64,000 nucleotides of DNA from Dehalococcoidia bacterium (GTDB lineage Bacteria > Chloroflexota > Dehalococcoidia > Lucifugimonadales > SAR202-VII-2), in assembly GCA_965226745.1 (NCBI GenBank), contig CBDDDS010000002.1, positions 193,311 to 257,310 of the forward strand, in the 5' to 3' direction. The notes beneath the pieces were generated by a model. It was not told the origin of the DNA. It saw only the letters and a program-made list of their open reading frames with translations, and made no database searches. Positions within the stretch are counted from its first letter, which is position 1; each line of letters starts with the position of its first letter. The position numbers were made by a program, and so were the translations under genes. Positions 42,447 through 53,774 of the stretch are shown one piece after another.

Positions 42447-43820
42447 TTAGCGGGACGCCACGAACGCGTTGAACTGTTCCAGCTTCTTCTGTTCCAGCCA
42501 GCGGGTGTTGAGACGCCCCTCCAGATAGTCCTGCTCGTCCATGAGCCAGGCCAGGAAGGGAATGTTTGTCTCGATGCCCTCAACCCTGAAGTCCATGAGG
42601 GCGTCCTTCATGCGCTGGATGGCCTCGGCCCGGCTGGCCCCTCGCGTGATCAGCTTGGCAATCATCGAGTCGTAGAAGGGCGGCACAACGTAACCGGGGT
42701 AGCAGTGGGTGTCGATCCGCAGGCCTGGCCCGGTGGGCGGGGCCCATTCGGTGAGCAGGCCCGGCGACGGCTGGAAATTGCGCAGGGCGGATTCCGCGGT
42801 AATCCGGCATTCGATGGAGTGGCCAAAGAAGCGCACGTCGGTCTGGGTGAAGGGCAGCGGGTTGCCGGAGGCGATGCGGAGCTGCTCCTGGACCAAGTCC
42901 ACGCCCGTGATCATCTCGGTGACGGGGTGCTCCACTTGAATCCGCGTGTTCATTTCCAGGAAGTAGAACTTGTTGGCATCCTGGTCCAGCATGAATTCGA
43001 CGGTGCCGGCGCTCTCGTAGCCGATCCGGCGCGCCGCCGTTGCCGCCGTCTCTCTGATTTCCTCGCGGAGGGCCTCAGAGACCGCGTGGGCCGGAGCCTC
43101 TTCGATGATCTTCTGGTAGCGCCGCTGCACCGAGCAGTCGCGCTCTCCCAGATGGACCACGTTGCCGAAGCGGTCGCCGAGGACCTGGACTTCGATATGG
43201 CGCCCGTTGCCGACGAACCGCTCCATATAGAGGGAGTCGTCTCCAAAGGCGGCGAGGGACTCGGCTGCCGCCGTCTCGAAGGTGGACTGCAACTGGTCGC
43301 TCTCGTGGACGATCTTGATGCCGCGCCCGCCTCCGCCTGCGGCGGCCTTGAAGAGCACGGGAAAACCGATCTCGGCGGCAACCGACGCGGCTTCCTGCGC
43401 GCTGCGCACTCTGGGCGAGCCTGGGACCAATGGGACTCCATAGGCCTTCACCGCCTCGCGGGCCTCCAGCTTGTTCCCCATCAGGCGGATGCTCTCCGCT
43501 CGCGGGCCCACGAACTGGATACTGTTTTCGACGCAGGCCTCAGCCAGAGCGGGAGATTCAGCCAGGAAGCCGTAGCCGGGGTGCAAGGCGTCGCAACCTG
43601 TGCCCAAGGCGGTCTCGATCAGTGCGCCCACCCGGAGATAGCTGTCAGCGGAGCGCGGCGGCCCGATGCACACAGCCCGGTCTGCGATCTGCGGGCCCAT
43701 GCTGTGCCGGTCCGCCTCGGAGAAAACGGCCACGGTTTCGATGCCCAACGCCTGGCATGCTCTGATGACTCTGACCGCGATCTCGCCTCGGTTGGCGACT
43801 AGAACGCGGGAGACGCTCAT
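42447..43820 (-). CDS. accC: biotin carboxylase
   Basis: 457-aa ORF. VLVANRGEIAVRVIRA...ATP-grasp...EMNTRIQVEHPVTE. Confidence 0.9.
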   Translation of the reverse strand: MSVSRVLVANRGEIAVRVIRACQALGIETVAVFSEADRHSMGPQIADRAVCIGPPRSADSYLRVGALIETALGTGCDALHPGYGFLAESPALAEACVENSIQFVGPRAESIRLMGNKLEAREAVKAYGVPLVPGSPRVRSAQEAASVAAEIGFPVLFKAAAGGGGRGIKIVHESDQLQSTFETAAAESLAAFGDDSLYMERFVGNGRHIEVQVLGDRFGNVVHLGERDCSVQRRYQKIIEEAPAHAVSEALREEIRETAATAARRIGYESAGTVEFMLDQDANKFYFLEMNTRIQVEHPVTEMITGVDLVQEQLRIASGNPLPFTQTDVRFFGHSIECRITAESALRNFQPSPGLLTEWAPPTGPGLRIDTHCYPGYVVPPFYDSMIAKLITRGASRAEAIQRMKDALMDFRVEGIETNIPFLAWLMDEQDYLEGRLNTRWLEQKKLEQFNAFVASR

Positions 43821-44377
43821 TCGGAGCCGCCGTCCGGCCTGATCAGGAACAGGGCCTGGCCGTATTCCACGAATTGGGCGTTCTGCACCAGGATCTGCTC
43901 GATGACGCCGTTGACGCCCGCACTGATGCTGTTGAACACCTTCATGACCTCAATGAGGCCCACCGTGGCGTCCTCATCCACCCTTGCGCCCACCTCGGTG
44001 AACGGAGGAGCGCTGGGTTCAGGCGCAGCGTAGAACGTCCCCACCATTGGGGCGTGGACGGGCACGAGCCCCTCGGTGGAGGCCGGGGGAGCGGGCGCGG
44101 CCGGCTCAGGGGCCGCGGCCGGAGCAGGCGCGGCGACCGGAGCGGGCGCGGCGGCCGGCTCGGAAGCGGCAGCCGGAGCTGGCTCAGGGGTCGCAGCCGC
44201 CACCGCAGGAGCGGGCGCGGCGGCAGCGGCGGCAACAATGGCCGGGGCCATGCTCAGGTCGATGTCGCCGCGGCTGACGGTCAGGTTCAAGTCGCCCATG
44301 CGCAACTGGAAGTAATCGAAGCTGGACTTGTCGATCAGGTCGAGGATTTGAATGATGTCTTCTTCGGTGAGGTCCAT
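43817..44377 (-). CDS. accB: biotin carboxyl carrier protein with a long Ala/Pro linker
   Basis: The C-terminal biotinyl domain has IEVMKV (the biotinyl-Lys motif). A ~70-aa AP-rich linker precedes it. There is a 4-nt overlap with accC. Confidence 0.85.
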   Translation of the reverse strand: MDLTEEDIIQILDLIDKSSFDYFQLRMGDLNLTVSRGDIDLSMAPAIVAAAAAAPAPAVAAATPEPAPAAASEPAAAPAPVAAPAPAAAPEPAAPAPPASTEGLVPVHAPMVGTFYAAPEPSAPPFTEVGARVDEDATVGLIEVMKVFNSISAGVNGVIEQILVQNAQFVEYGQALFLIRPDGGSE

Positions 44378-44621
44378 ATGTGGTTCCGCCCCTAGGAGAA
44401 TTTTCTCGCCGATACGCTACCACACTCGCTGTCAGGGTAGCAATCGGCGCCATGGCAATTGGCCCTAGGGCAATCGGCGTTATCCACGGAAAGAGGGCGC
44501 TGTAGTATACTTTTGACGCCACAGCGGCGATGCCACACCAGCGCTGCCCGCATAGGCGCTGCCACACAGGCTCAGCGCATGACCGTCCCGCGCTGAGGGC
44601 TCTATCACTCAAGGAGGAATC

Positions 44622-45479
44622 ATGGAAGTCGTAGGAATCGACGTTCACGTACACCTGCGGGACCAGGCGGCCCTCGACGCCCGAGGCGCGGCGCGGACTC
44701 AGCAGATGGCGAACTATTTCGGCCGGGCGCCCACGCCCGTCTCCGTCGACGAAATGGCCGACCAGTACCGCGAGCGCAAGATGATGGCCGTCATTATGAA
44801 CGGCACGGACGAGACCATCACCGGCTTGAAGCCGCTGCCAAACGACCACATCGCTGATGCGGTGCGCAGGCACCCGGACGTCTTCCTCGGCTTCGCAGCC
44901 ATCGACCCGTGGATGGGGCAAGCCGCCATCGACGAGGTGAAGCGATGCAGGGAGGAGCTGGGAATGCACGGGATTGGCGAGATCAACCCCGCACGCCAGC
45001 ACTTCTACCCCAACGATCAACGCTTCTACCCCATTTGGGAAGAGATCCAAAAGCAGGGCATGCCCATCCTGTTCCACGGTGGCATGGCTGCCGCGGGAGC
45101 GGGGACGCCGGGGGGTATGGGGGTCAAGCTGAAGTACACGCAGCCCATGCTCTTGGACGATGTGGCCGCCGATTTCCCGGAGTTGAACATCATCTGCGCC
45201 CACCCCACCTGGCCATGGACGGACGAGAGCCTGGCAATCGCCCGGCACAAGAGCAACTTCTACATTGACCTGTCCGGCTGGGCGCCCAAATACTGGCCGC
45301 CGCAGATCGCGCAGCAGGTCAATTCCCTCCTTCAGAACAAGGCGCTGTTCGGCTCGGACTGGCCGGCGATCCCCGTGGAGCGCTGGCTTGAGGAGTTCAA
45401 CCAGTACGATTGGAAGCCCGAGGTGAAGCAGAAAATCATGGTGGACAACGCCAAGAAGCTGTTCGGGCTGGAGTTCTAG
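44622..45479 (+). CDS. amidohydrolase-2 family protein
   Basis: GIDVHVHL metal-binding HxH, ...CAHPTWPW..., ...LFGSDWP. Confidence 0.8.
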   Translation: MEVVGIDVHVHLRDQAALDARGAARTQQMANYFGRAPTPVSVDEMADQYRERKMMAVIMNGTDETITGLKPLPNDHIADAVRRHPDVFLGFAAIDPWMGQAAIDEVKRCREELGMHGIGEINPARQHFYPNDQRFYPIWEEIQKQGMPILFHGGMAAAGAGTPGGMGVKLKYTQPMLLDDVAADFPELNIICAHPTWPWTDESLAIARHKSNFYIDLSGWAPKYWPPQIAQQVNSLLQNKALFGSDWPAIPVERWLEEFNQYDWKPEVKQKIMVDNAKKLFGLEF

Positions 45480-45603
45480 GCGAGGCGATGCTTGGCCTGG
45501 AGAGGAAAGGAAGGGCGGGGTCATAGTTACTCTGCCCTTCCCTGTTGGCTCCCCGTCCATCTCCCGCAATGTCTTGCTGTTTGCCTAGGGCGCCTCACGA
45601 GGG

Positions 45604-47091
45604 CTATGGGACGGGCGAACCACCCACTGCGTCCGACTTCCTTAGCGTAATGGACGCGTCGCCGCGCTGGACGAAGATGTGGCTCCGCTCCGTGCGCTCC
45701 GTAAGCTGGCGCACTAGGGACACTAGGGACTGCTCGGCCATCAGAGAGTAGCCGGTATAGCGAGGATTGCTGGCCCGCATCACGTCGATTTCGTCCTGGC
45801 CTATCGTGAAGCGCAGCAGCAGCTCCTCATCGGAGAGGCCCGGGCCGCCGTATTCGGCGCGAAGCTCTTCTAGCGTCGGCTGGGGCGGATCCCAGTCCTC
45901 CAGCTCCTTCGCCCTGCGCCGGTCCAGAATCCTGTCGCGGGTGTCCTGGTCCATGGCGTTGATTGCCTCCTCCCCGCCGAACCGGCCAAGCGCATAGTGG
46001 ATCGTCTGGTCGGTGACTTCTTTGTAGCGTTCCCCGACGATGACGTTGATGGCCGCCTGGCTCCCCACGAACTGAGACAGAGGCGTGACCATTACTGGGT
46101 AGCCAAACTCGGCGCGGACCCGGGTCGCTTCGATCAGCGAGTCCTCCAGCTTGTCTTCCATGCCCACGAGCTTGAGCTGATGGCGCAGGTTGGAGATCAT
46201 GCCGCCCGGGACTTGGTGCTCGAATTGCGCGGCGTCGTACTCTTTGGCCTTGCCTACGGGCATGTGCTCCCTCTGCGCGACGGCCGAGAAGTGCTGCGAC
46301 ACGACTCTGGCCTCCTCCTCGTTGAAGACGGGCGCGTAGCCCAGGGCCTTGGCATTCCTGGCCACGTTGAACACGGATGGGTTCCCTGATCCGTCGGCAA
46401 GCGGAGGAATGCCTGTGTTGATGATCCCGATGCCCAGCTTGATGGCTTCCAGCGCGACCAGGGGCCCTAGCCCGGTGGTGCAGTGGGTGTGGAGCTCGAG
46501 CTCTTTGCCGCCGATGTTGGCCTGAATGGCGGGAACGATGGTCTGCATGCGGTCGGGCGTCAGCAGTCCGCCGGGGTCCTTGAGCACGATGCGGAAGGGA
46601 TCGAGGGAGAGGGCTTGCCTCGCTCGTTCAGCGTAGTAGGCATCGGTGTGACGGGGCGAAACCGAGTAAATGAGGTTGATGAGGGGCTGCATGCCGACAG
46701 CCTTGGAAACCTCGATCTTCCGCTTCCACCCCACATACTGGTTCCACTCCTCCGAGATTCGGGTCTGCCGGATGCCATTGGCAAACATCCGCTTGATGTA
46801 CAGGTAGTACATCGAGTCCGGGGTTACGTCGAAGGGACGGAACCGGCCGGCGACCGTGCGCAGGGGAGTCTCGGTGACCCGCTCGCTGACCAAGCGTATG
46901 CGAGTCCAGGGGTCTTCCTTCAGCTCGCGGACGCTCTTCCTTCCATCGATGGGCGACAACTCGATGGCCTCGAAGCCGCATCGGTCAAGGCGCCCGGCGA
47001 CGGGCAGGATCCACTCGGTGCGGGCGTTGTTGGCCCAGAGACTCTGGTTGCCGTCCCGGATGGTGGTGTCTACAAAGCGGATTTCAGTCAT
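45604..47091 (-). CDS. pyruvate-carboxyltransferase (HMGL-like, PycB/OadA-type) domain protein without a biotinyl domain
   Basis: FVDTTIRDGNQSLW... N-terminal TIM-barrel carboxyltransferase motif and ...HTHCTTGLG.... The 495-aa ORF has no MKM-type biotin motif. Confidence 0.8.
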   Translation of the reverse strand: MTEIRFVDTTIRDGNQSLWANNARTEWILPVAGRLDRCGFEAIELSPIDGRKSVRELKEDPWTRIRLVSERVTETPLRTVAGRFRPFDVTPDSMYYLYIKRMFANGIRQTRISEEWNQYVGWKRKIEVSKAVGMQPLINLIYSVSPRHTDAYYAERARQALSLDPFRIVLKDPGGLLTPDRMQTIVPAIQANIGGKELELHTHCTTGLGPLVALEAIKLGIGIINTGIPPLADGSGNPSVFNVARNAKALGYAPVFNEEEARVVSQHFSAVAQREHMPVGKAKEYDAAQFEHQVPGGMISNLRHQLKLVGMEDKLEDSLIEATRVRAEFGYPVMVTPLSQFVGSQAAINVIVGERYKEVTDQTIHYALGRFGGEEAINAMDQDTRDRILDRRRAKELEDWDPPQPTLEELRAEYGGPGLSDEELLLRFTIGQDEIDVMRASNPRYTGYSLMAEQSLVSLVRQLTERTERSHIFVQRGDASITLRKSDAVGGSPVP

Positions 47092-47149
47092 GGACTCCTA
47101 GGGAAGTTCAAGCGCGAGCGAGTTCGCTCGCCGTGTTTATTCGCCGGGC

Positions 47150-48328
47150 CTATATGGCCTCTTCCTCGGCGAGGCGGGCTAGGTCCTCTTCCGTGTAACC
47201 CATGTCCATCAGGACTTCGGTGCTGTGCTCTCCCAGGAGGGGCGGAGGCAGGCCCGCCTCGCAGGCGGTATTGCCATAGGCCACGGGGAAGCCCACCAAG
47301 TCCAGGGCCCTATCGCCGTCTCCGAAGGTCTGAACCATCCCCAAGTGCTGCACCTGTGGGTCGGCCAGGGCCTCGGGAATGTTGTAGAGCGGGCCGCAGG
47401 GCACGTCGCTTTCCTCCAGCAGTTCCAGCCACTCGGCCCGGGGGCGGCTCCTGAAGCTCTCTTGAAGGAGGTCGTGGATTTCGTCATAGCGCTCGATCCG
47501 GCTCCGCTTGGTCAGGAAGCGAGGGTCGTCGACGAACTCCGGGTGTCCGGCCACCGTCACGAGCCCCTGCCAGAACTTGGGCGGCGTCGAAAGGTGAATG
47601 GCGAAGGGTTTGTCGTCCGATCCCACGAAGGCGTAGGACTGGGACTGGTGGGGCCTTGAAAACTTGTCGGCGATCTTGCCCTCCATCATGTACTCGGCAA
47701 TGGAGGCGGGGTTGAAAGCAATACCCGCCCCCAACATGCTCACGTCCAGCCGCTGGCCCTTCCCGGTCATGCCGCGGCCAACTAGGGCCCCCAAGACGCC
47801 GTAGGCCGTGAACATCCCCGTGAGCTGGTCGCAGATGGCGGGTCCCACCGGCTCCGGGTCATCCATCTCCGTCAACTGGCTCCAAAGGCCGCTCATGGCC
47901 TGGGCGATCTGGTCGTAGGTGGGACGGTCGCGATACGGGCCGCTGGGCCCCATGCCGCTGACCGAGCAGTAGATCAGCCCCGGGTTGTCCTTGCTCAGGT
48001 CTTCATAGCCAATGCCGTACTTCTCCAGCGCGCCCGGCCGGAAGTTCTCCACGACAACATCGGCGGTGGCCACGAGCTTCTTGTACACCTCGCGCCCGCT
48101 TTCGTTCCGGATGTTGATCGTGACGCTCTTCTTGCCGCGGTTGTACCCTGCGAAGGGGGGGCGGATGGCTCCCTCCTTGGCGTCCCATTGCCTGAAGTAG
48201 TCCCCGGTCCCAGGCATCTCAACCTTGATGACCTCGGCGCCCAGGTCTCCTAGAAGCATCCCCCCGTAGGGCCCACTGATGACGTGGGCCATCTCCACCA
48301 CCCGAATCCCCGTGAGCGGTCCTGCCAT
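47150..48328 (-). CDS. CaiB/BaiF family (class III) CoA-transferase
   Basis: GIRVVEMAHVISGPYGGMLLGDLGAEVIKVE is the family N-terminal signature. Confidence 0.85.
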   Translation of the reverse strand: MAGPLTGIRVVEMAHVISGPYGGMLLGDLGAEVIKVEMPGTGDYFRQWDAKEGAIRPPFAGYNRGKKSVTINIRNESGREVYKKLVATADVVVENFRPGALEKYGIGYEDLSKDNPGLIYCSVSGMGPSGPYRDRPTYDQIAQAMSGLWSQLTEMDDPEPVGPAICDQLTGMFTAYGVLGALVGRGMTGKGQRLDVSMLGAGIAFNPASIAEYMMEGKIADKFSRPHQSQSYAFVGSDDKPFAIHLSTPPKFWQGLVTVAGHPEFVDDPRFLTKRSRIERYDEIHDLLQESFRSRPRAEWLELLEESDVPCGPLYNIPEALADPQVQHLGMVQTFGDGDRALDLVGFPVAYGNTACEAGLPPPLLGEHSTEVLMDMGYTEEDLARLAEEEAI

Positions 48329-48443
48329 GATCCACCTTCCTGCTAGAGTCGTTTGAGGCCGCGGGGCGGCCTGCTGTCAATCTAGAGCACATTGCCTGCA
48401 ATGGCAACCGCCGGCGCCTCACGGCTGAGCGCGCCATCCGGCC

Positions 48444-49271
48444 TCACCGTCTTCCGCTCTCCACCCAGGCGCCGTAAGCCTCCCTTCGGGACACGCGCAT
48501 CTCCTCCACCGCCAGCGCCACCGCCTCGTTGGGGGGCAGGCCCTGTCTCCTGAATTCAGCCATGAGCGCTTCCAACCGCTCCCGGCTAACAGGCTCGGCG
48601 GAGGCCGCGGGCGCTCCACCCTCCACCACCAGCGTGAACTCCCCTCTGGGCTCCAGGAAGTAAGCGGCCGCTTCCGAAAATGCACCGCGGAAAACTTCCT
48701 CATGCAGCTTGGTGATCTCCCTACACACCGCCGCCTGACGGTCTCCCAGAACCTGCTGGAGGTCGTGGAGGGTCTGTTGAAGGCGGTGGGGCGCCTCGTA
48801 GAGAACGACGGGCCTGCCCTCCTGGGCCAGACGCTCCAGCGATTGCCGGCGCTGTTTGCCCTTCCTGGGCAGAAACCCAGCGAAGGTGAACTCCTGCGCC
48901 GCCAGTCCGGCAATCGAGACGGCCGCCGTCAGCGCCGAGGGGCCAGGGATGGCAACAACTTCATGGCCCGCCCCAACCGCGGCCTGCACGAGGTCAGATC
49001 CAGGGTCGCTCAGGACCGGGGTCCCAGCATCGGAGACCAACGCCACGTCCTCTTGCTCCAGGGCCTCTACGAGGCGGGGAATCCGAGAGCGGCTGTTGTG
49101 CTCGTTGTAGCTGATGAGACGAGACCTTATCCCGTGGGCCGTGAGTAGCTTGCGGGTCATCCGCGTGTCCTCAGCGGCGACGAGGGGAGCGCTGCGAAGC
49201 ACCCGCAGCGCGCGGAGGGTGATGTCCTCCAGGTTCCCGATGGGCGTGGCGACCACGTAAAGCGTTCCCAA
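48444..49271 (-). CDS. rsmI: 16S rRNA (cytidine1402-2'-O)-methyltransferase
   Basis: GTLYVVATPIGNLEDITLRALRVL...AEDTR is the tetrapyrrole-methylase-fold RsmI signature. Confidence 0.9.
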   Translation of the reverse strand: MGTLYVVATPIGNLEDITLRALRVLRSAPLVAAEDTRMTRKLLTAHGIRSRLISYNEHNSRSRIPRLVEALEQEDVALVSDAGTPVLSDPGSDLVQAAVGAGHEVVAIPGPSALTAAVSIAGLAAQEFTFAGFLPRKGKQRRQSLERLAQEGRPVVLYEAPHRLQQTLHDLQQVLGDRQAAVCREITKLHEEVFRGAFSEAAAYFLEPRGEFTLVVEGGAPAASAEPVSRERLEALMAEFRRQGLPPNEAVALAVEEMRVSRREAYGAWVESGRR

Positions 49272-49441
49272 TGAGGGCCGCCTCCTTCAGAATTGGACCC
49301 GCCGCCAGGCTCATTCCCCGGCCATGCTGAGCGCAACGAGGAACGGAGGGGCGTTGACTCCCTGCCCATGAAGGTGAGACGCCAGCGCCCGACCCCCGCA
49401 CGTTATACTAGAGACCCTAACGCCGCAAAGCGAGTTCAGGC

Positions 49442-51001
49442 ATGAAGCGACTGCTTATTCGAGGAGGCGGGGCCGGGCTAGTCGCCGGGGTTGCATTGGC
49501 GCTTGGGCTGTTGACCCTCGCCGGCATTCTCGGCATCCAGTCCCTCCCAAGCCTGTTGGCTGAAGGATTCGCATCCCTTCTCCCGGCGTCCCTCTTCTCT
49601 TTCGCCATCGTGCGGCTGCAAGAGCTGGCCAAGCCCCTGACCCTGCTGGGAATATCCGTCGCCCTCATCGTGCTGACCGGAGGCGTCGGATGGGGATTCG
49701 CCCTGACGCTGCGGCGGTATCCCCGTCTGCGCCAGCCGCCCTGGGATGGCATGACCGTTGGCCTTGTGCTCTGGTTCGCCGCCATGACCGTGGCGGTGCC
49801 GTTCCTGGGCAGGGAGGGCGCCTTTGCATCAACCTTCCCAATCGGATCGCAGGTGCGGTTCAACGCGGCCTCCTTCCTATCATTCCTATTTTCGGGGTAC
49901 GTGCTGTCGTTGGTGGCGCAGGCCTTGCTGAAAGAGCTGGCGCCCACCTCGGAGGCAGCGGTGGTCTACGAATCGCGCCGCAGGCTGCTCCGGGGAATCG
50001 CGCTTGCAGGATTCGGCGCGGTTGTCGCCGGTTTCCTGACGCGGTGGGCCGTAACCGACGGGCAATTCGGCATGGGCGCGGGCGGCGCCAGGGGGGTCCC
50101 CCACGGCCAGATGCCTCCGGAAATCACCCCGAATGAGAACTTCTACGTGGTGTCCAAAAATCTCGAAGACCCCGTTGTTTCTTCCGAGGACTGGCTGCTC
50201 AAGATCGATGGGGAGACCAAGACCAAGGAGCAGCTCAACCTGGAAGACCTCCTGTCGTTGCCGGCCCGGGAGGAGTTCGTGACGCTGGAGTGCGTGAGCA
50301 ACCCCGTGGGCGGCCTCCTCATCAGCACGGCCCGTTGGAAGGGCGTCCGGCTGAGAGACCTCTTGGACGTCGTGAAACTGGAGCCCAACGTGGTGGACGT
50401 AGCCTTCTACGCAGAGGACGGCTACTCGGAAAGCCTTACGCTGGAAAAGGCCATGAGCGACGAGGTCATGGTGGCCTACGAGATGAACGGCGAGCCTCTA
50501 CCCGACAGCCACGGATTTCCCGCCAGACTCCTGGTCCCGGGGTATTTCGGCCTCAAGAGCGTCAAGTGGCTGAAGCGCATCGCCCCGGTGAATTACGACT
50601 TCACGGGTTTTTGGCAGCACAGGGGTTGGTCCGACCTGCCCTCCGTCAAGACAACGTCCCAATTCCGGATCCCCGCCAACAAGGCCGGCGCTCCCCTGCC
50701 TGAAATCCCGCTTGGAGGCATTGCCTTCGCCGGGGACCGCGGCATCAGGGCCGTCGAGTTTAGCGTCGACGATGGCGAGACGTGGCAGCCCGCCCGCGTC
50801 CAGAACCCGTTGTCTCCCTACACGTGGTCCCACTGGCGGGCCCAGTGGAAACCGTCGGGCGCAGGCGCCTACGACCTGCGGGTCAGGGCCACGGACGGCA
50901 ACGGCGAGGTCCAAATAGCCAGGTCCTCCCCCACGTCGCCGGACGGAGCGACGGGGCATCACCGAATCACGGTGCGCGCGGAACACGCAGAGGACATCTA
51001 G
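49442..51001 (+). CDS. membrane-anchored molybdopterin-dependent oxidoreductase (sulfite-oxidase fold)
   Basis: A ~190-aa N-terminal multi-TM region is followed by ...LECVSNPVGG...ARWKGVRLRDLL...GFPARLLVPGYFGLKSVKWL... and a C-terminal Ig-like domain. Confidence 0.8.
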   Translation: MKRLLIRGGGAGLVAGVALALGLLTLAGILGIQSLPSLLAEGFASLLPASLFSFAIVRLQELAKPLTLLGISVALIVLTGGVGWGFALTLRRYPRLRQPPWDGMTVGLVLWFAAMTVAVPFLGREGAFASTFPIGSQVRFNAASFLSFLFSGYVLSLVAQALLKELAPTSEAAVVYESRRRLLRGIALAGFGAVVAGFLTRWAVTDGQFGMGAGGARGVPHGQMPPEITPNENFYVVSKNLEDPVVSSEDWLLKIDGETKTKEQLNLEDLLSLPAREEFVTLECVSNPVGGLLISTARWKGVRLRDLLDVVKLEPNVVDVAFYAEDGYSESLTLEKAMSDEVMVAYEMNGEPLPDSHGFPARLLVPGYFGLKSVKWLKRIAPVNYDFTGFWQHRGWSDLPSVKTTSQFRIPANKAGAPLPEIPLGGIAFAGDRGIRAVEFSVDDGETWQPARVQNPLSPYTWSHWRAQWKPSGAGAYDLRVRATDGNGEVQIARSSPTSPDGATGHHRITVRAEHAEDI

Positions 51002-51017
51002 GCGCTCCGGCGCATCG

Positions 51018-51046
51018 TTGACGCTCCCGCAGTCCCACAATAGAAT
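51018..51046 (+). promoter_or_regulatory. sigma70-like promoter candidate for rex
   Basis: TTGACG, a 17-nt spacer, then TAGAAT. The inverted repeat TGAAA-ccgt-TTTCA(CAAA) at 51046..51063 overlaps the -10/+1 region. Confidence 0.45.
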
Positions 51047-51082
51047 GAAACCGTTTTCACAAACGATTCGTTTCTCGGCAAA

Positions 51083-51775
51083 GTGCGACGGCGGGGAGGC
51101 CGAACACTGGCTAATCGGGAGGCAGCCGCAAGAAGTCAGGCAGCCGAGGCGCCCGAGGTGGTCGTGTCGCGCTTGCCCATCTATCTGCGAGCCCTGAGGC
51201 AGCTGCTGGGCGACGGCTCAGAGGTGGCCAGCTCGCAGAGCCTGGGGCGCAGGCTCCACATGACCCCGGCGCAGATACGAAAGGACCTCGGCTACTTTGG
51301 ACGTTTCGGGAAGCAGGGCCGCGGCTATGACATCCGCAACCTCATCAGCGAGTTGGAGCACATCCTTGGCCTAAACCAGGAATGGCCCGTTGCGCTCGTG
51401 GGCGTTGGCCGTCTCGGAAGGGCAATCCTAGGCTACCCCGGCTTCAACCCTGAAGGCTTCACCATCAAGGCCGCCTTCGACAACAGTCCCTCGGTGGTGG
51501 GGCAGAACCTTGGAGGCATCGAGGTCCGCAGCACCCGGGACATGGCGGCGACACTGCGCAGCGAAGGAATTCGCATTGCCGTTGTGGCGGTGCCCGCGGC
51601 GCAGACCCAGTCGGTCATTGACCAGTTGGTGAGCGCAGGGGTTCAGGCCATCCTGAACTACTCCCCCACCTCTCCGCAGGCGCCCCGCGAGGTGAAGGTC
51701 CGCAACGTCGATCCGGTCATGTCGCTCCAGTCCATGACCTACTTTCTCAGAGCCGCCCAAGACCCCGGCCAGTAG
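51083..51775 (+). CDS. rex: redox-sensing transcriptional repressor Rex
   Basis: SRLPIYLRALRQL winged-helix motif plus a Rossmann domain (VALVGVGRLGRAIL...AVVAVPA). The true start may be a downstream GTG near 51150. Confidence 0.85.
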   Translation: MRRRGGRTLANREAAARSQAAEAPEVVVSRLPIYLRALRQLLGDGSEVASSQSLGRRLHMTPAQIRKDLGYFGRFGKQGRGYDIRNLISELEHILGLNQEWPVALVGVGRLGRAILGYPGFNPEGFTIKAAFDNSPSVVGQNLGGIEVRSTRDMAATLRSEGIRIAVVAVPAAQTQSVIDQLVSAGVQAILNYSPTSPQAPREVKVRNVDPVMSLQSMTYFLRAAQDPGQ

Positions 51776-51798
51776 TCCAGAAGCTTCGAAAAGGGAAG

Positions 51799-51828
51799 GG
51801 GCGCCTCATGCAGGGCGCCTCTTCTCTA
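51799..51828 (+). terminator. rex terminator candidate
   Basis: GGCGCC-tcatgcag-GGCGCC followed by TCTTCTCT. Confidence 0.4.
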
Positions 51829-51876
51829 CTCTCTTGCCGGTCTGGGGGCTGCGCCGCCCCTGCCGGCCGGGCCGTA

Positions 51877-52323
51877 CTATTGTTCGTTTGGGCGCAGTGA
51901 AGGAACACCCTCGCCGCGGGACTTACGGCTTCGGGCCACCCTCAAACGCACCTGGGCCCGTTGCAATGCCTGGACCGTCTGCTCCAAATCAACGTCCGAG
52001 TCCCTGTGCTCCAGTCGCTCTTGGGCCCGCCGGATGGCTTCGTTGGCCCGCTCCTCATCAATCTCCTCGGCGCGCTCGGCGGCGTCGGCCAAGACCGTGA
52101 CCTTTTCGCCCATCACCTCTAGGAAGCCGCCCGTCAGCACAAGGTTGCCCTCCCTACCCTGCTGCCGGAAGCGGAGCTCGCCGGGCTTGAGGGTCGTGAG
52201 CAAGGGGGCATGGTGCGGCAGCACGGCCAACTCTCCCTCCGCGCCCGGGGCCACAACAACGTCGACCTCCTCCGAGAGGACGAGCCGTTCCGCGGTCACA
52301 ATTTCAAGGGTGATGGTTGCCAT
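51877..52323 (-). CDS. atpC: F1 ATP synthase subunit epsilon
   Basis: 148-aa ORF and the last gene of the atp operon. ...[21 protein letters not shown]... Confidence 0.9.
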   Translation of the reverse strand: MATITLEIVTAERLVLSEEVDVVVAPGAEGELAVLPHHAPLLTTLKPGELRFRQQGREGNLVLTGGFLEVMGEKVTVLADAAERAEEIDEERANEAIRRAQERLEHRDSDVDLEQTVQALQRAQVRLRVARSRKSRGEGVPSLRPNEQ

Positions 52324-52328
52324 AGTCC

Positions 52329-53735
<1,407 letters not shown>

Positions 53736-53774
53736 TCAGCCTCCCTTGGTTCGCCTGAGCGGTTGGCCGGGGAC

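Noticed and set aside
43942-44315. Several overlapping Ala/Pro/Arg-rich ORFs on both strands inside accB.
   Set aside because: They are by-products of the GC-rich Ala/Pro linker of the biotin carboxyl carrier protein and are not independent genes.
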